Part shown: positions 59,640-64,000 of the stretch, in pieces | How positions within the stretch are numbered: the first letter of the stretch is position 1 | Layout of the letters: the number at the start of each line of letters is the position of its first letter | Origin: the human T2T-CHM13v2.0 reference genome, Homo sapiens | Length of the DNA: 64,000 nt | NCBI RefSeq assembly: GCF_009914755.1 | Contig: NC_060933.1 | Strand: one strand, 5' to 3' | The notes under the pieces: generated by a model | The model's database searches: none | What the model was told of the DNA's origin: nothing | The model's input: the letters and a program-made list of their open reading frames with translations, nothing else | Made by a program: the position numbers and the translations under genes

Positions 59640-60640
59640 TTAAATCTGTGACTTCCCTTCCATTCTCAGTATTATTGTCCTAATTGAAGCCCTTATCACC
59701 TTTTGTCTGAATGACTACTGTAGCTTTTCAATTGATCTTCCACTTCTCAAGCTCCTGACAATCTCTGTTTAAATGGTTCAAACTTTTGCCAGAATAAATA
59801 TCCTAAAAAACTGTTTTGATCGCTCTGCTATTATCACTTTTCTCTTCACGGGCCTTCAATATAAGAAATAAGTATATGTTAATGGCACCATCAAAATAAG
59901 CAGAGAAGAAAGGATCATTCAAAAAGTTGTGCTTAGACATGAGTTATTTACTTAGGGAAAATTCCCATGTAAATCTTCTGCTATATATTATAATAAACTG
60001 TGGGTGTATTAATGACATAATAAAGGTACCCAAAGAAAACATGGGTGAATGTTTTTTTCAGAATGAAGTTTAGGTAAAAGGCTTTCTAATGGGAGAAATA
60101 AGGAAAATGACAGATTGATTTGACAACACTAAAATTTAAATTCTCTAGGTCAAAAATACCATAAACAAAAAAGTATACACAAAGCTGGCTAAAATGCCTA
60201 ATTCATATGAGAGGTCCTGGCCTTTTTATTCTCTAGCTCCAACCACAATAACCTAGTGGCAATTACGAGAAACAACCAGACCCTTCCTTGCATGTGCTGC
60301 TCCCTCTGCCTGGAATGTTCTTCCTACACATCCTCCCATGTCTGGCCCTTCCTCGTGCTTTAGGTCTCAGGTCAAACATTTTTTTCTTACGAAGGTTTTC
60401 TCTGTTAACCCTCTCTAAAGTAGCCAGCCCTCACTGTCCTCCCATTTATGACTTTCACTCTGTCACATTACTTGTTTTGTGTTCTGTCACTAACTGATTG
60501 ATCTTATTTATTTGTTTTATCTGTTCCCTAGAATGCAAACCTCATGAATGTATATGTCTTGTTCAGCAGCACCTACACTTGTTTTTGACAAGTGATACTA
60601 AATGAGTATTTGTCAAATAGGTGAGTGAAGGAATGAATAT
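59640..60640 (+). mobile_element. L2 fragments with an L1M insert (~59860-60180)
   Basis: 'tgctgctccctctgcctggaatgttcttcc...ttaggtctcaggtcaaac' (L2) and 'aaaggatcattcaaaaagttgtgc...aaaataccataaacaaa' (L1M). Confidence 0.65.
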
Positions 60641-61398
60641 GTATATGTGTAAATAAAAAACTGAAATAACATATAGCAAAATGCAATAACAGGGTTATTT
60701 ATAGGAGGAATTTTGTCGATAATTCCTTTTTTCTGTCTTTTCCAAATTTTCTAAAATGAATACCTATTAATTACATTGATTGTTAGAATAATAAATAAAT
60801 GGTATTTGATGGAAGCCACATCTTAATAAATGATAGCATCTATAATGTCAATTTGTTAATCTCAATTAGATTGACAAAAGATAATAAACTATGCATACTA
60901 TAAAGAACAAATTTCCTAGAAATGAGAGTGTCAACTTGCATCGTCTTAAAGTATTCACACATCTAACACATCCAGTTAGCTTAACTGAATAATGTAGAAA
61001 TTGGGCCAAAAACCATCAACTAAATTGGATCCCCTTTTAAGATTCTAAAATAAAACTTGTCAAATGCGGAGAAAAATAATTTTAAAAAGTCAAGTACTAC
61101 TTCTTAGTTTCAATAAATAGTTGCCAGGGGTTAGTCTCCTTGAATCTACCAGACATTAATAAGGACAGTTGAGGAAAAGACCTGACACAAAACAGTTTGA
61201 ACATATCAGTGAAACTATCTGCATAACTATCTAAAATAGAGACAGTATGATGCTGGAAAGGTCTGTTAGAGTCTTGTACCCATTCTGAAAAGTTATCTGT
61301 CATATATAAACCTTGTTTAACTGACCAATTCAACATGGAAAAAAAAGCATCAGTTTTTTTCCCCCAGGATTGCAAATTTGTTTGTTGGTCATAATTAA

Positions 61399-61728
<330 letters not shown>

Positions 61729-61811
61729 TAAAGTGATGATACCTTAAACGACCTCAAATAGTCAAGTTGTTAGGAGTGAAAGTGAAATAAGATGTAGTAG
61801 CCCTGTGTTTT

Positions 61812-63430
61812 ATTCATTCACTTACTCATAAAATCAGCACTGAATGTGAATCAGACACTGTTGGGTACTGGGATGCAATGGTGAACAACACATATGATGC
61901 CTATCCTTGAGGAGCTTACCTTCTAGGAAGGAACACTTAAACAGTTGGATGAACAAACAAAAGAGGTACTGATTCTGATAAGTGCTGAGGAAGAAATTTT
62001 CCATAAATAATGATAGGGTAAGAAACAATAAACAGAGAGAGGGATAAGGGAGGGCTTCTTCAAGGAGGTGATATTTAGACCACGACCTAAGAGGATGAGA
62101 AGGAGCCAGCTATGTGGAGAGCTAGTATTAAGTATTAAGGTGTCCCAGGACCAGTGCAGAGAGAGATGTCTGGGAAATGTCAGAATCCTGTGTGACAAAG
62201 CAAAACAAGCAGAGGAAATGTGAGATGAGGTTGGAAAGGCACGCAGAGGCCAAGTGCCACAGGACATTGTCATATTTAATTTTAAATACCATGGAAAGAC
62301 ACTACAGTGTTTTAATCAGGAGAGAGTGACAGGAGTTACAATACCATGGGACGCCAATAAAGGTTTTAATGGGGAGATGGCAGAATTCAATTTTAAACGA
62401 TCATTTTTGCTATTACTTGGAGATTGAATTTTAAGGGGACAGAAGTAACAGCAGGAAGACTAGTCGGGAGATGACTGTAGTCATCCAGATGAAAGACTAG
62501 GGTTGGACCACAGTTTTGGCAGTGCAGGTGGAAAGAAGTGAACATATCCATGCTATATTCGGAAGTATTGCCCGTATGGAATGCTGTGGGACTAGATACA
62601 GGAATTTAGAAAACAATCAGGTTGAGTCCCAGGCACTGTCCTCACCATCTGGATGCAAAATATAGGATGCGGAGACCAGCAGAGCTTCTAATTATGGTAC
62701 TTTAAAATTGATACGGTTTTAAAAATATTCAAGCAAAGATACCAAGTAAGCAGTTGGCAGTGAGGCTTAAGCTTGGAGGAGAGATCTGGAATGGAGATTC
62801 AAAATGAGGAGATTATAGTGTTAGGGTCTTTAAAGCTGTGGGAATAGGTGAGGCGAAGGAAGAAAATGTGGAATTAGATGACATTATTGTATCTATGTAA
62901 TAATTTCCTAATTTTGATGATTGTATTGTTTCTATGTAGGAGAATGTTTTCATTGGAAAAAATACACAGTAACATAGTTAATGGTGAGGGGGCATTTTGT
63001 TGGCTATTTACATTCAAATATTTCAGATAAAAAATTTTTGTACTATACTTGCAACTTTTCTGAGGGTTTGAGATTGTTTAAAAATAAAAAAGTTAAATAA
63101 TTTTTTTTTTAAGAAAGGCCCGAGAATGAGTTTTAAGATTTATGGAAAAATACGAACAGCCAGCAAAGGAGACTGAGTGGGAGGGACCTACAAGAGTGCA
63201 GTGTTAGAGAAGCTGAGAAAGAAGAGGACTGTGTCTCAATAGGGAGGCAATGGCACAGCTATGAATAAGAGTAAGATGTGAACAAAAGATATTTATTAGA
63301 TTTGGTAACAATGAAAATCATTGGTGATTTTTTTTATAAGAGTGAGTTTGCTAGACCTGTGGATATAGAAACCCCATTGAACCATTTGAATCAATTTCTT
63401 AGTCAAATGATCATATAAAATGTTGAAAGT
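61812..63430 (-). mobile_element. L2 LINE with L1M 3' insert at ~62880-63095
   Basis: 'attcattcacttactc...cctatccttgaggagcttaccttctagg...agggagggcttcttcaaggaggtgatattt...ccagcaaaggagactgag'. Confidence 0.8.
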
Positions 63431-63455
63431 TTCAGTAATGTTTTGTCGCAGACAC

Positions 63456-63922
63456 TGTAAGTCCTCAACAAGGTCCCTTTGGATTCGTTTACCTTTTCCT
63501 TGTACACAGGCTCCAGGTGCTCCAGGTGTACTTTCATTCCCAGCAGCCAGTCCCTGTATTCATTTGCTGTGGGGCTGCACGAAGGCTGCTGGAGTCTAAT
63601 TTGTCTGCCCAGCTGGAGAGAAGGATGTACTTTCAGGGTTCATGAGGGGCAGCCTTAACCAAAATTAAGCCAGGTGGGAATACAAATATTCCAGCTTTGT
63701 TGTTTTATGCTACCACAGCTACATGGTCAGTCTCCAGAATTCCCTTGCAGACTGAGCTCACTGTAGGACTTTTCTTGATATCATATCCTTGCTCAGCCTT
63801 TTTTTTTGGTTTCCTATCCCAATTCTGCATTTTTCCACCAGTTTTCTTTGAGAAACTTCCTAATAAATCACTTCCTATGTATCCTTATCTTAGGTTCTCC
63901 CTCAGGGATAGCACCTAAAACA
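63456..63922 (+). mobile_element. LTR16-like ERVL solo LTR
   Basis: 3' end 'gagaaacttcctaataaatcacttcc...ccttatcttaggttctcc...cctaaaaca'. Confidence 0.7.
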
Positions 63923-64000
63923 CTTAAAAACAACAACAGCAAACAAACATCAACCTCATTGGTGGCTTATTGATGTCCATCTTGTTTATAGAATAAAAAC

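Noticed and set aside
61097-61375. 92-aa minus-strand ORF in apparently unique DNA
   Set aside because: No recognised domain and no convincing splice donor; a tBLASTn/PhyloCSF hit would be needed

Overview
Primate (human-like) non-coding genomic DNA, AT-rich and CpG-poor, intronic or intergenic, and dominated by interspersed repeats. I cannot support any host protein-coding exon, tRNA, rRNA or CRISPR array. Main elements: a full-length but defective minus-strand L1PA7-like LINE-1 (31410-38042, 13-bp TSD, AluY-like insert, antisense ORF0 remnant); a 5'-truncated plus-strand L1PA4/5 (6201-9674); several short L1 3' ends, two with twin-priming inversions; eight Alus and one free Alu monomer; three HERV-L MLT2A solo LTRs; MER50-, MER52- and MER67-like, MLT1 and LTR16 LTRs; MER20, MER5 and a MADE1 split by an L1; and many L2/MIR/L3 relics. 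The most notable observations are (i) a convergent MLT2A1/MLT2A2 pair with DUX4-type motifs flanking a short unique island that has splice signals on both strands, and (ii) repeated local inverted duplications, including a perfect 34-bp-arm hairpin at 29143-29220 and a multi-switch rearrangement at 26025-26251. Repeat subfamily names come from my recall of consensus sequences and need RepeatMasker/Dfam confirmation; boundaries of ancient repeats are approximate. I found no demonstrable new biological system; the findings are testable hypotheses.
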